From assembly GCA_002269645.1 (NCBI GenBank), contig NIVC01000159.1:1-55034 (forward strand): DNA of 55,034 nucleotides. Direction: 5' to 3'. How positions within the stretch are numbered: position 1 is the stretch's first letter; each line of letters begins with the position of its first letter. Under the pieces are notes generated by a model, which saw only the letters and a list, made by a program, of their open reading frames with translations, did not search any database and was not told the DNA's origin. The DNA comes from Macrostomum lignano (taxonomy: Eukaryota). The position numbers and the translations under genes were made by a program. Below are positions 45,201 to 55,034 of the stretch, piece by piece.

Positions 45201-46300
45201 TATTTAGGCCTATACTTATATGCTTAATATATAAATGGTATAAATGTAGCTGTATGTAGGGCATTTCTATCAAGTTTGTTTTTTATGTTTCTTGCATCTT
45301 TTCTTGTATCTTTTATTTTAGAATAGTCTAAGAGAAATTGCTCACTGGTGCATAGAGTGGCAACTTTTCAATGTTGCTGAGTATATATTTTTATGACCTT
45401 TTTATGGGTCAATAAAATTTCAAACAATGAAAAAATTGATTTGAAAATGGGTCAAATATTCAAAAAAATTTTTGTGCTTTCAATATTTGAATTTTGAATT
45501 TGAATGCTCCTATGGAGGCTTAATGCGCAAGTAGAAACTAATTTGTCATCCAAAGCAAATATTTATACATAAAAGTATAAATAGTATAAGCGTATAATTA
45601 CTAAATTTATGTATATAAAGCAATTAATTGTCTTTTTATTCTTTCTCTAGATATATTTTTTGTATGTTGTGGCCTCCAATTAGACTATCTGTTGTGCTTA
45701 TGTGTTTAGTATTTAGAATATCTAGAACCAGTTGAACAATCAATAATTCTGACCTCTCTGCTCATAATGTACATGAAAAGGTCCAGTTTCTTACAAGCGT
45801 ATTTCTAAATATAGCCAGGCTCTTGCCTTGGTTTAACTATTTTCCAACTGTTTAAAATTTTAATTTCCTCCTGTTGTTAATTTTAGCTTCTTCAAGTGCT
45901 GGTCATTCTTGATTAGTTGTGCTACTAAGTCTAAATAGCAATAACTTGTCTTTTTTGTCTTTTTATAACAAATAGACATATTGATATTATACTGTTCATA
46001 CTCGTATAATATATAAAGTAAATCTCTGCTTTTGGGCTACAAGAACTTTCTTGTTTCTATTGGGAAAACAAAGCATAATAATATTAATGTAGTTAGTCAA
46101 AAGTCTTGTCCTTTAAAAAATTCTTAAAATGAAAAATAATGTTTTCCAAGGCGACTTACTTGTATGGTATATTGAAAACTGTCTCAGGAAACCAAGATAT
46201 TGCCATACCTAACTGCTTTTAAATCTATTATTTCATGGAAATTTGGTAATTTGTATTCTCAGTCTGCTTAGCCCAGCGGCTGGTTCAAAACAGAAAATTC
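42230..46300. other. AT-rich, CpG-depleted domain enriched in TAGGCCTA, upstream of the epsin ATG (5'-UTR intron, outron or promoter-proximal region)
   Basis: About 11 CpG counted in ~4 kb, none seen between ~42321 and 43918. About 15 AGGCCT copies. Confidence 0.8.
43850..44161. mobile_element. 312-bp hAT-like MITE
   Basis: TIRs CATATATGCCCAAC / GCTGGGCATATATG (13/14 match). Perfect 8-bp TSD ATCTAAAT at 43842-43849 and 44162-44169. Repeated subterminal AAGTCGCAA. Confidence 0.85.
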
Positions 46301-46358
46301 ACAACCTAGCAAACATACCTACTGCCTACTAATAGTAGCACGCGCGGTTACAGCAGTC

Positions 46359-46932
46359 ATGACGGCTATTCGGCGCAACATTAAGAATGTGGTGCACAAT
46401 TACTCCGACGCCAAAGTGAAGGTTCGTGAAGCCACCTCCAATGATCCGTGGGGTCCGTCCAGCACGCTGATGGCGGAGATCGCCGAGATGACCTACAATG
46501 TCATGGCCTACACGGAGATCATGTCGCTGATTTGGAAGCGCCTGAACGACAAGAACAAGAACTGGCGGCACGTGTACAAGGCCCTGGTGCTGCTGGACTA
46601 CCTGGTGAAGACAGGCAGCGAGAAGGTGGCCCAGCAGTGCAAGGAGAATCTCTTTGTAATCCAATCGCTGAGGGATTTCCAGTACACCGAGGAGGCCAAG
46701 GACTATGGCCAGAATGTTCGCGAGAAGGCCAAGCAGCTGGTGGCGCTGCTCAAAGACGATGAGAAGCTGCGGACTGAGCGGGCCAGCGCTCTGCGCACCC
46801 GCGAGCGCCTTCACGCCAGCGGCATGATCGGCGGCGGCCGGCCCACCGTGTCGTCTGGCGCGACTGCCTACCGGAGGGCCAGCGCCGAGTACGCCTCCGA
46901 CCGGACCGGCAGCAGCGTCCGAGGAGCTCCTG
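46359..46932 (+). CDS. EPN: Epsin exon 1, ENTH domain
   Basis: MTAIRRNIKNVVHNYSDAKVKVREATSNDPWGPSSTLMAEIA...KNWRHVYKALVLLDYLVKTGSE. Donor G|GTGAGC, phase 1. Confidence 0.97.
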
Positions 46933-47027
46933 GTGAGCGCTTCCTGCATTTGAAGGGGTTAACCTGACTGTTTTAGGGCAATCTTTTTGGAGGATTTCCA
47001 GCGAATATCTTCTGGTGATTCTTCAAC

Positions 47028-47470
47028 TCCAATCCTGGGGATTCCCTACTCTAATCCTGGGGATTCCCTACTCCAATCCTGGGGATTCCCTGCTCTAATC
47101 CTGGGGATTCCCTAGTCTAATCCTGGGGATTCCCTACTCCAATCCTGGGGATTCCCTGCTCTAATCCTGGGGATTCCCTACTCTAATCCTGGGGATTCCC
47201 TACTCTAATCCTGGGGATTCCCTAGTCTAATTCTAGGAATTCTCTACTCTAATCCTTGAGATTCCCTACTCTAATCCTGGGGATTCCCTAATCTAATCCT
47301 GGGGATTCCCTACTCCAATCCTGGGGATTCCCTGCTCTAATCCTGGGGATTCCCTACTCTAATCCTGGGGATTCCCTACTCTAATCCTGGGGATTCCCTA
47401 CTCTAATCCTGGGGATTCCCTACTCTAATCCTAAGGATTCCCTGCTCTAATCCCGAGGATTACTGCTCTC
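47028..47470. repeat. 22-bp minisatellite, ~20 copies (epsin intron 1)
   Basis: TCCTGGGGATTCCCTACTCTAA. Confidence 0.96.
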
Positions 47471-47596
47471 CTTGAGATTCCTATCTTGAATCTTAGAAAA
47501 TTCTCTTCTCCAACCCTTCTAGGCCTTTATCTAAAATCTTAGAGAATTCCTATCGAGAATCAACATTTATTCTTCCCTGTTTCAATCTGTGCTCAG

Positions 47597-47766
47597 GCGG
47601 CGGCGGCGGCGGCGGTGGCGTCGGCGAAGAGGACGTTGAGCTGGAGCTGGCGCTGGCCATCTCCAAGGAGGAGCACGCCGAAGAGCTGAAACGGCGCGAG
47701 GCCGAAGGTCTCAAAGAAGACCTGAAGTTGAAGATGGCTCTTGAGGCTAGCAAGAAAGAAGAAGAG
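47597..47766 (+). CDS. EPN: Epsin exon 2, two UIMs
   Basis: EEDVELELALAISKEE and EDLKLKMALEASKKE. Acceptor CTCAG|GC, donor GAG|GTCCGT. Confidence 0.92.
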
Positions 47767-48060
47767 GTCCGTATGAGCCTTCTGTATTAATAAAAACAGT
47801 TTTAACGTTATCAAAGCGTATCAATTATTAGCTTTTTCGTCTTTTCATTTCCAGGATCGTAAAAAATCCGTTTCTGTAAGTCGCCAGAAGGTGAGACGGC
47901 TTTAATAGCGGTTGCCGCCTAGCCTGACAAAATTGCTAATCTTTGGCTTATCGGTTAATCTGCTAGCAGTGCAGTGTGTGGTTAATCTAGTGCTTAAAGT
48001 ACAGACAGAAGTATCAAAAGTACACACAATAAGCATATCGATCTATTAAAAAATTTCTAG

Positions 48061-48214
48061 TCGGGCGGCCTGGTCGACCTCATCGACACATCGCTGTCAG
48101 CCGCCCCGTCCAACGGTCGGGACCCCTGGGGCGCGCCGGCGGCCCCCTTGGCAGCCTCGGCCTGGTCCGATCCTTGGTCTGCGCCTCACGAGTCCGCGAG
48201 CAGCGCTGCACCCG
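48061..48214 (+). CDS. EPN: Epsin exon 3, clathrin-box-like LVDLID and DPW motifs
   Basis: Acceptor TTTCTAG|TCG. Encodes SGGLVDLIDT...DPWG...SDPWS. Donor G|GTTTGT. Confidence 0.88.
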
Positions 48215-48264
48215 GTTTGTCCCGCTGGATTTTTTGCCCCTTTCTGGTTTGCTGAATCATCCAT

Positions 48265-48790
48265 CTTCCAAATCTCCCATCCCAGATCCCCATGTTGTAG
48301 AATCTCCCATCCCAGATCCCCATGTTGTAGAATCTCCCATCCCAGATCCCCATGCTTTGGAAACTCCCATCCCCAGATCCCCATGTTGTAGAATCTCCTA
48401 TCCCAGATCCCCATGTTGTAGAATCTCCCATCCCAGATCCCCATGTTGTAGAATCTCCCATCCCAGATCCCCATGTTTTGGAAACTCCCATCCCCAGATC
48501 CCCATGTTGTGGAGACTTCCATCCCCAGATCCCCATGTTGTGGAGACTTCCATCCCCAGATCCCCATGTTGTGTAATCTCCCATCTCAGATCCGTACGTT
48601 GTGGAGACTCCCATCCAAGATCCCCATGCTGGGAAAATCCCATCCCATTCAGATCCCCATTTTGTGGAAACTCCCATCCCCAGATCCCTATGCTTGGAAA
48701 ATCCCATGCTAGGAAATTCCTATCCTAGATCCCCATGTGGACACTCTCATCCCAGATCCCCATGCTTGAAAAATTCCCATCCCTGATCAC
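48265..48790. repeat. 30-31-bp minisatellite, ~17 copies, decaying 3' (epsin intron 3)
   Basis: TCCCATCCCAGATCCCCATGTTGTAGAATC and variants. Confidence 0.93.
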
Positions 48791-48852
48791 CCTGATCCCA
48801 AACTGAGGATATTGAATCTAAAATCCTCAGTTCCGCAACCTGTCACAGCTAG

Positions 48853-49014
48853 CTGGGAAACTGGCCTCAGAGCCCAGTAATGCACTCATCATCCCCAACC
48901 TCCCCACCGCCGCAGTGTCGAACCCGACCGCCTCGGATCCGTGGGCTTTCAGCGCCACCCCATCGCAACCGCAGGCAGGCGGCGGCACTTTTGATGACGC
49001 TTTCGGATCGCCAG
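48853..49014 (+). CDS. EPN: Epsin exon 4, DPW motif; acceptor ambiguous (48853 or 48871)
   Basis: Encodes SDPWAFS...FDDAFGSP. Donor G|GTAAGA. Only acceptors giving exon starts at 48853 or 48871 keep phase 1. Confidence 0.75.
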
Positions 49015-49106
49015 GTAAGAAAGAACCCAAAAAGATAAATATAAGTTTCGATACATATCGATAGGGTACATTAAGCTTGCCAATTGCCTGTGCCGGAAAT
49101 CTCCAG

Positions 49107-49295
49107 ACGAATTCTCCAAGTCTGCCACCAGCGACCCCTGGTCGGCCTCTTCAGCCGCTGCCGCGCCTGCCGGGTTTCCCGCTGCCGGCAACGCCGCGGA
49201 CTCGCAGCAACCGCCTCGCGCGAAGTCCGTGCACAGCTTCCTTGGCGACCATGGCAACCTGGTGAATCTGGACAGCTTGGTTGCGCAGCCTAAGA
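49107..49295 (+). CDS. EPN: Epsin exon 5, DPW and second clathrin box (FLGDHGNLVNLDSLV)
   Basis: Acceptor CTCCAG|AC, donor A|GTGAGT. The motif is conserved in epsins. Confidence 0.9.
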
Positions 49296-49399
49296 GTGAG
49301 TTCGATCCACATTCACCCACATTCTCGGTGGGGTCACTATCACACTTCAGGGTTCACTGCTCCCGTTCACCCATTCTGTATGACCACATTCGCAAGGTT

Positions 49400-49740
49400 A
49401 CATGAACTCATTCACCCAGTTTCTCTGCGGGGTAGCCCAAGGGTTCATGACCTCATTCACCCACTTTCTCTGCGGGGTAACCCAAGGGTTCATGACCTCA
49501 TTCACCCACTTTCTCTGCGGGGTAACCCAAGGGTTCATGACCTCATTCAGCCACTTTCTCTGCGGGGTAGCCCAAGGGTTCATGACCTCATTCAGCCACT
49601 TTCTCTTCGGGGTAGCCCAAGGGTTCATGACCTCATTCAGCCACTTTCTCTGCGGGATAGCCCAAGGGTTCATGACCTCATTCAGCCACTTTCTCTGCGG
49701 GATAGCCCAAGGGTTCATGACCTCATTCAGCCACTTTCTC
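49400..49740. repeat. 45-bp minisatellite, ~7.5 copies (epsin intron 5)
   Basis: CATGACCTCATTCAGCCACTTTCTCTGCGGGGTAGCCCAAGGGTT. Confidence 0.95.
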
Positions 49741-50397
49741 CATCTTGTCCCTGTGGCACTGTGGAGGTCCCGTGTGTTCTCCAAATATTAAAAAATTGCC
49801 GCAATCAATTTCCCAACTCGCAGCTCCTCCTAAGCAGACGTTCTCGGTTTTCGGTATGAAACTCGAACAGGCATTTTTGATAATCGGCAAATTTCATGCG
49901 CTCACAAATAAGTAGCCTCGGCTAACTCGCAGCATCTCAGCTCACTTCATCAGTTAAAAATATGGTATTTGTAGCTACCTAATCAGATTGACAAACCTTT
50001 TTAACTGTTCGTAACAGCAGTCTTGCCCCTTCTGTTAACCTCTGGTACGTGCACAGGCCCCAAATCATTAGCCACGGCAGGGGTTTCAGTTTCATTTAGC
50101 CGGATTAAATATCACTTCATTTGGAGTTGCAGAACTGGCGCTGCACTGTCTACTATCAGTAGGGTGTTTTCAGGAATTTGTTAATCCTCCAATTTTCCCA
50201 TGTCTTGTAGAATATTTCATATATAACGGATTTGCTTGCTTTTAAAAATGCAAAATTCAAACTGCTTTACAATAACTTAGCACTGATAAAATACTGTGCA
50301 ATTATTAGCGCACTGAATTAACTTCGCCTTTTATGGAAATGGCTGCCTACATTTATTACTGTTACTGTGCATCTGGAGAAGTGCGTGTAAACAGCTG

Positions 50398-50402
50398 TAG
50401 AC

Positions 50403-50475
<73 letters not shown>

Positions 50476-50500
50476 CGGGCAGGCAGGCAGGCAGGCAGGC

Positions 50501-50538
<38 letters not shown>

Positions 50539-51742
50539 TCAGCAGGCAGATGGGACAGTCAGTCAGCAGACTCAGGCAGATGGCACAGACAGCAGGCAGA
50601 TGGCACAGACAGCTGGCAGATGGCACAGGCAGATGGCACAGACAGCAGGCAGATGGCACAGACAGCAGGCAGATGGCACAGACAGCTGGCAGATGGCACA
50701 GGCAGATGGCACAGACAGCAGGCAGATGGCACAGACAGCAGGCAGATGGCACAGACAGCTGGCAGATGGCACAGGCAGATGGCACAGACAGCAGGCAGAT
50801 GGCACAGACAGCAGGTAGATGGCACAGACAGCTGGCAGATGGCACAGTCAGCAGGCAGATGGCACAGACAGCAGGCAGATGGCACAGACAGCTGGCAGAT
50901 GGCACAGGCAGATGGCACAGACAGCAGGCAGATGGCACAGACAGCAGGCAGATGGCACAGACAGCTGGCAGATGGCACAGGCAGATGGCACAGACAGCAG
51001 GCAGATGGCACAGACAGCAGGCAGATGGCACAGACAGCTGGCAGATGGCACAGGCAGATGGCACAGACAGCAGGCAGATGGCACAGACAGCAGGCAGATG
51101 GCACAGACAGCTGGCAGATGGCACAGGCAGATGGCACAGACAGCAGGCAGATGGCACAGACAGCAGGCAGATGGCACAGACAGCTGGCAGATGGCACAGG
51201 CAGATGGCACAGACAGCAGGCAGATGGCACAGACAGCAGGTAGATGGCACAGACAGCTGGCAGATGGCACAGTCAGCAGGCAGATGGCACAGACAGCAGG
51301 CAGATGGCACAGACAGCTGGCAGATGGCACAGTCAGCAGGCAGATGGCACAGACAGCAGGCAGATGGCACAGACAGCTGGCAGATGGCACAGTCAGCAGG
51401 CAGATGGCACAGACAGCAGGCAGATGGCACAGACAGCAGGCAGATGGCACAGACAGCTGGCAGATGGCACAGTCAGCAGGCAGATGGCACAGACAGCAGG
51501 TAGATGGCACAGACAGCTGGCAGATGGCACAGGCTGCAGGCAGATGGCACAGACAGCAGGCAGATGGCACAGGCAGATGGCGCAGTCAGCAGGCAGATGG
51601 CACAGACAGCAGGCAGATGGCACAGGCAGATGGCGCAGTCAGCAGGCAGATGGCACAGTCAGCAGGCAGATGGCACAGGCAGATGGCACAGTCAGCAGGC
51701 AGATGGCACAGTCAGCAGGCAGATGGCACAGGCAGCAGGCAG
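50398..51742. repeat. Compound (GACA)n(GGCA)n(GATA)n microsatellite followed by a GGCAGATGGCACAGACAGCA-type minisatellite (epsin intron 5)
   Basis: Tetramer runs at 50398-50536, then mixed 12-bp and 20-bp monomers. Confidence 0.96.
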
Positions 51743-51792
51743 ACCCAAGCTCACACCAAGCCGCAGTGCAACCCCGATCCCGCGCTCCGCAG

Positions 51793-52099
51793 GCAGCACC
51801 AATCCGTTCGCGCCGGTGATCCACGGGCCCAGCCACCCCAGCAACCCGTTCCACTCCACTCAGCCCGTGCAGCCGACTCTCTCCGAGCTGCAGCGCCGGG
51901 CTGCTTACGGCGGCGACACCGGGTTCGGCGTCAGCGGTAACGGCAGCGCCGGTGGCGTCCTTCCGCCTCCGCTGATCGAGGCGCCCCAGCAGCCGCCGCC
52001 GCTGCAGCCGCCGGCTTATCCGGCCGCCTTCAATCCCTGGGGCCAGCAGCAGCAGCCGCCAGCAGCCGCCGGCTACCCAGCCACAACCCCTTCATGTAG
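51793..52099 (+). CDS. EPN: Epsin terminal exon, NPF motifs; apparent 1-nt deletion before the final NPFM*
   Basis: Acceptor CCGCAG|GC. STNPF, SNPF and FNPW lie in one frame. AAC CCC TTC ATG TAG (52085-52099) lies in the -1 frame. Confidence 0.8.
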
Positions 52100-52269
52100 C
52101 CCCTGGTGGGGAGAGGGGTTGAGAAGATTCTGCCAAGCTGGTTCGTTACGGTTTTTGTGTGTCTGCATATATATATTCTAGATAGAGCTCTGCTTGATGT
52201 CCCTGCGGTCTCTGTCGGAGATCTTCGCGTTCGGGCTGTCTGAGCGCTTTGGCGCCGCCACCTACCCAT

Positions 52270-53005
52270 ATTTCAGATTTTAGATCCCCTACCCTACCAA
52301 AGTCCGGTTTTAGGTCCGCTACTCTCCTAAAGTCCGGTTTTAGATCCGTTATTACTTTCCGAAAACCTGATTTTAGGTCCGCTACCCTCCTAAAACCTAA
52401 TTTTAGGTCCACTACCCGCCCAAATCCATATTTTAGGTCCGCTACACACCCAAAACTCTATTTTAGGTCCGCTACCCTCCCAAAGTCCGATTTTAGGTCC
52501 GCTACCCTCCCAAAGTCCGATTTTAGGTCCGCTACCCTCCCAAAACCCGATTTTAGATCGGCTACCCTCCATAAACCCGATTTTAGATCGGCTACCCTCC
52601 CTAAACCCGATTTTAGATCGGCTACCCTCCCTAAACCCGATTTTAGATCGGCTACCCTCCCAAAACCTGATTTTCGATCGGCTACCCTCCCTAAACCCGA
52701 TTTTAGATCGGCTACCCTCCCAAAACCTGATTTTCGATCGGCTACCCTCCCTAAACCCGATTTTAGATCGGCTACCCTCCCTAAACCCGATTTTAGATCG
52801 GCTACCCTCCCAAAACCTGATTTTAGATCGGCTACCCTCCCAAAACCTGATTTTAGATCGGCTACCCTCCTAAACCCGATTTTAGATCGGCTACCCTCCC
52901 TAAACCCGATTTTAGATCGGCTACCCTCCCTAAACCCGATTTTAGATCGGCTACCCTCCTAAACCCGATTTTAGATCGGCTACCCTCCCTAAACCCGATT
53001 TTAGC
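52270..53005. repeat. 29-30-bp minisatellite, ~24 copies, just 3' of the epsin stop
   Basis: GATTTTAGATCGGCTACCCTCCCTAAACCC; 5' copies are more diverged. Confidence 0.95.
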
Positions 53006-53669
53006 TGCACCACCCTCCCAAATAATTTAGGTCTGCCCCCCTCCCCAACCGGGAACCCGAGACTGAGTCTCTAATTGACAGAGCTCAGCTGCCTCCAGCT
53101 GCCCCATCAAAGTTTTATTTTAATCCTTTTTCACCTGCAGCGAAGAAATTCTTGCGTTATTTTTTGTAACTTCCTTTTGCGTGCGGCATCTAGCTGACCG
53201 CGATAATGATACACATTTGTAGCGTTAATATGCTCATTAATTCCGCCTAATATTTGTTGTTCAATTGCCAGACAAGCCCTTGGTAGTGTTTAGCATCCCT
53301 ATTAGTCTATGCAGGTGCGTTCTCGCGAGTTTCAGGCTTGTAGAATTGTTATATTGATGAATCATACAGTAAAGCTTTACAAACTTAACACATGGGACCA
53401 TATATCTCTGGCTCTCACCGACTCTGTTCTGCTTTATTGTGCGCTTTTTCACTTTTACACAGGCCGGCTTAAGCAGAACAAAAAATAGAGTTGAACTGCA
53501 AAAGTAATCTTTTTAATCTGACTTTCTTAATGTAAAATTATTTACTACTTGTTAGTTTCCTAGCAGTACCTTCGGTATTTCAGTAGCAAACCTGACGCTA
53601 ACTATAAAAATCTGCGATTTATAAAATCAGAACTCTTCAGTTCATAGAATCCGATACCTACCATTTAGA

Positions 53670-53965
53670 ATCAGAAATCTGCCGTTCAAAATCAGAAATC
53701 TGCAGTTTAGAATCAGAAATCTGCAGTTTAGAATCAGAAATCTGCAGTTTAGAATCAGAAATCTGCAGTTTAGAATCAGAAATCTGCAGTTTAGAATCAG
53801 AAATCTGCAGTTTAGAATCAGAAATCTGCAGTTTAGAATCAGAAATCTGCAGTTTAGAATCAGAAATCTGCCGTTCAGAATCAGAAATCTGCAGTTTAGA
53901 ATCAGAAATCTGCCGTTCAGAATCAGAAATCTGCCGTTCAGAATTAGAAATCTGCAGTTTAGAAT
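53670..53965. repeat. 21-bp minisatellite, ~14 copies
   Basis: AGAATCAGAAATCTGC(AGTTT/CGTTC). Confidence 0.95.
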
Positions 53966-55034
53966 TCTCGTATAAAGATCTCTAAAAATTCGCAGAGAAT
54001 TAATTATCTGCGCCTTTTGAGCAATTTCTTAATTTGCGACATGCAGCTGAACCTCAAGGATTTTTCTCCCATGTTGACATTATCGATTGATTGATTGTCC
54101 TTTACAAGAAACAGAAAGCTGGATTTTATTAATGTCTACTAGTAGTAACACTGTTGACAGTAGCATCACTTCAGTAGTATTATTGGGATAATTGCGCAGC
54201 AATCCAACAGATGCTGCCCCACTCGCTCAATCAATGCTAAAACTTGTACTTCTGCTAACTTTTATAATGCGTTACTCGATGGATACTGTGGATATTATTG
54301 TTTAACGTTTCGTAATTGAGAACCTCAGACTAAACTGAAACAAATATTTATTTATTTATTCGCGAAATAGATACATGCGGCTGAGCAGCTGTTTAAATTT
54401 GTAGTATCTATTGTTCCGCATAAACAATTATCGGTTTCGTTTTTACCGCCATATGAAACTGTTGTCATTCTGGGTGTTTCAGTTGTTGACTTTCATTTTC
54501 GTTCACGCGGTTTGACCTTCATGCGTAACTTGACTGCTTTCTGTTTGTTGGTCTGTATCCTATCTCGCTCTGTTTCAATAAAAGTACATAAAAGTACACT
54601 CACTGTCCTCTCTCCTGTAAACATTAGAAGAATAATCACAGATTACCACTTGTAATCATTTCAAAAACTTGTTCTCAAAGAAAAATCCAGAACTCTCAAA
54701 TTTGTAGAAGCAGTCGTCCGCATATTGCAATTTCTGTTAATAGTCGTATCTTTCAAATCTAACACACATGTAACTTTATGAAAATGGATAAATAATATTC
54801 ACCGCAATGTCACAGCAAAGGTAGTATGCAAGTAATGATTACTCGTAATAGAAGTTCTAAATTGAGACTCGAATTGAAAATACCTGCAGATAATGACTGA
54901 GCATGCGGCCGTGTAAGTACGTGTACATGTGATACTGATACATGTAGATGTATTTCATATATATTACTGTTCATTTACAGAGCATGCTTAGTCATTAGAG
55001 CTTTCTAAAATTTGTGAATAAAATAAAAACTAGT

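Noticed and set aside
5896-53005. Long periodic ORFs across the tandem arrays (e.g. 5896-6990, 10709-12286, 27692-29218, 50550-51503)
   Set aside because: They are translations of stop-free monomers, often open in several frames and on both strands, and mostly lie inside introns defined by phase-compatible splice sites.

Overview
Eukaryotic (metazoan) genomic DNA with GT-AG introns, GC-rich exons and no prokaryotic features. The density of unrelated minisatellites resembles a free-living flatworm such as Macrostomum; this is an inference, not a database result. Six genes were reconstructed by hand from splice sites and reading-frame phase. (1) A 5'-truncated synaptotagmin-like/Bitesize-type protein with two giant acidic exons and a C-terminal C2A-C2B pair (+, <1-16184). 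(2) A 2-exon orphan with a poly-Ser tract (+, 17105-18804). (3) A 5-exon nicotinic-receptor alpha-type Cys-loop subunit with an altered agonist site (-, 22254-30446). (4) A type-I membrane protein with CUB-like and LDLa-like domains and ITIM/PPxY/PDZ-like tail motifs (-, 32310-34148). (5) A small single-pass Cys-string membrane protein (-, 38056-38715). (6) Epsin, 6 coding exons (+, 46359-52099). Mobile DNA: a tRNA-derived CORE-type SINE, a decayed Ty3/Gypsy pol with PPT and probable 3' LTR, and a 312-bp hAT-like MITE with an 8-bp TSD. About 30% of the window is 18 tandem arrays with mutually unrelated monomers, 13 of them in predicted introns. The most unusual items are a ~4-kb AT-rich, nearly CpG-free domain studded with TAGGCCTA upstream of epsin, and the co-oriented trio of divergent nAChR, CUB/LDLa receptor and small TM protein. 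Three apparent 1-nt deletions interrupt otherwise coherent CDSs. All counts are by eye and no searches were run.
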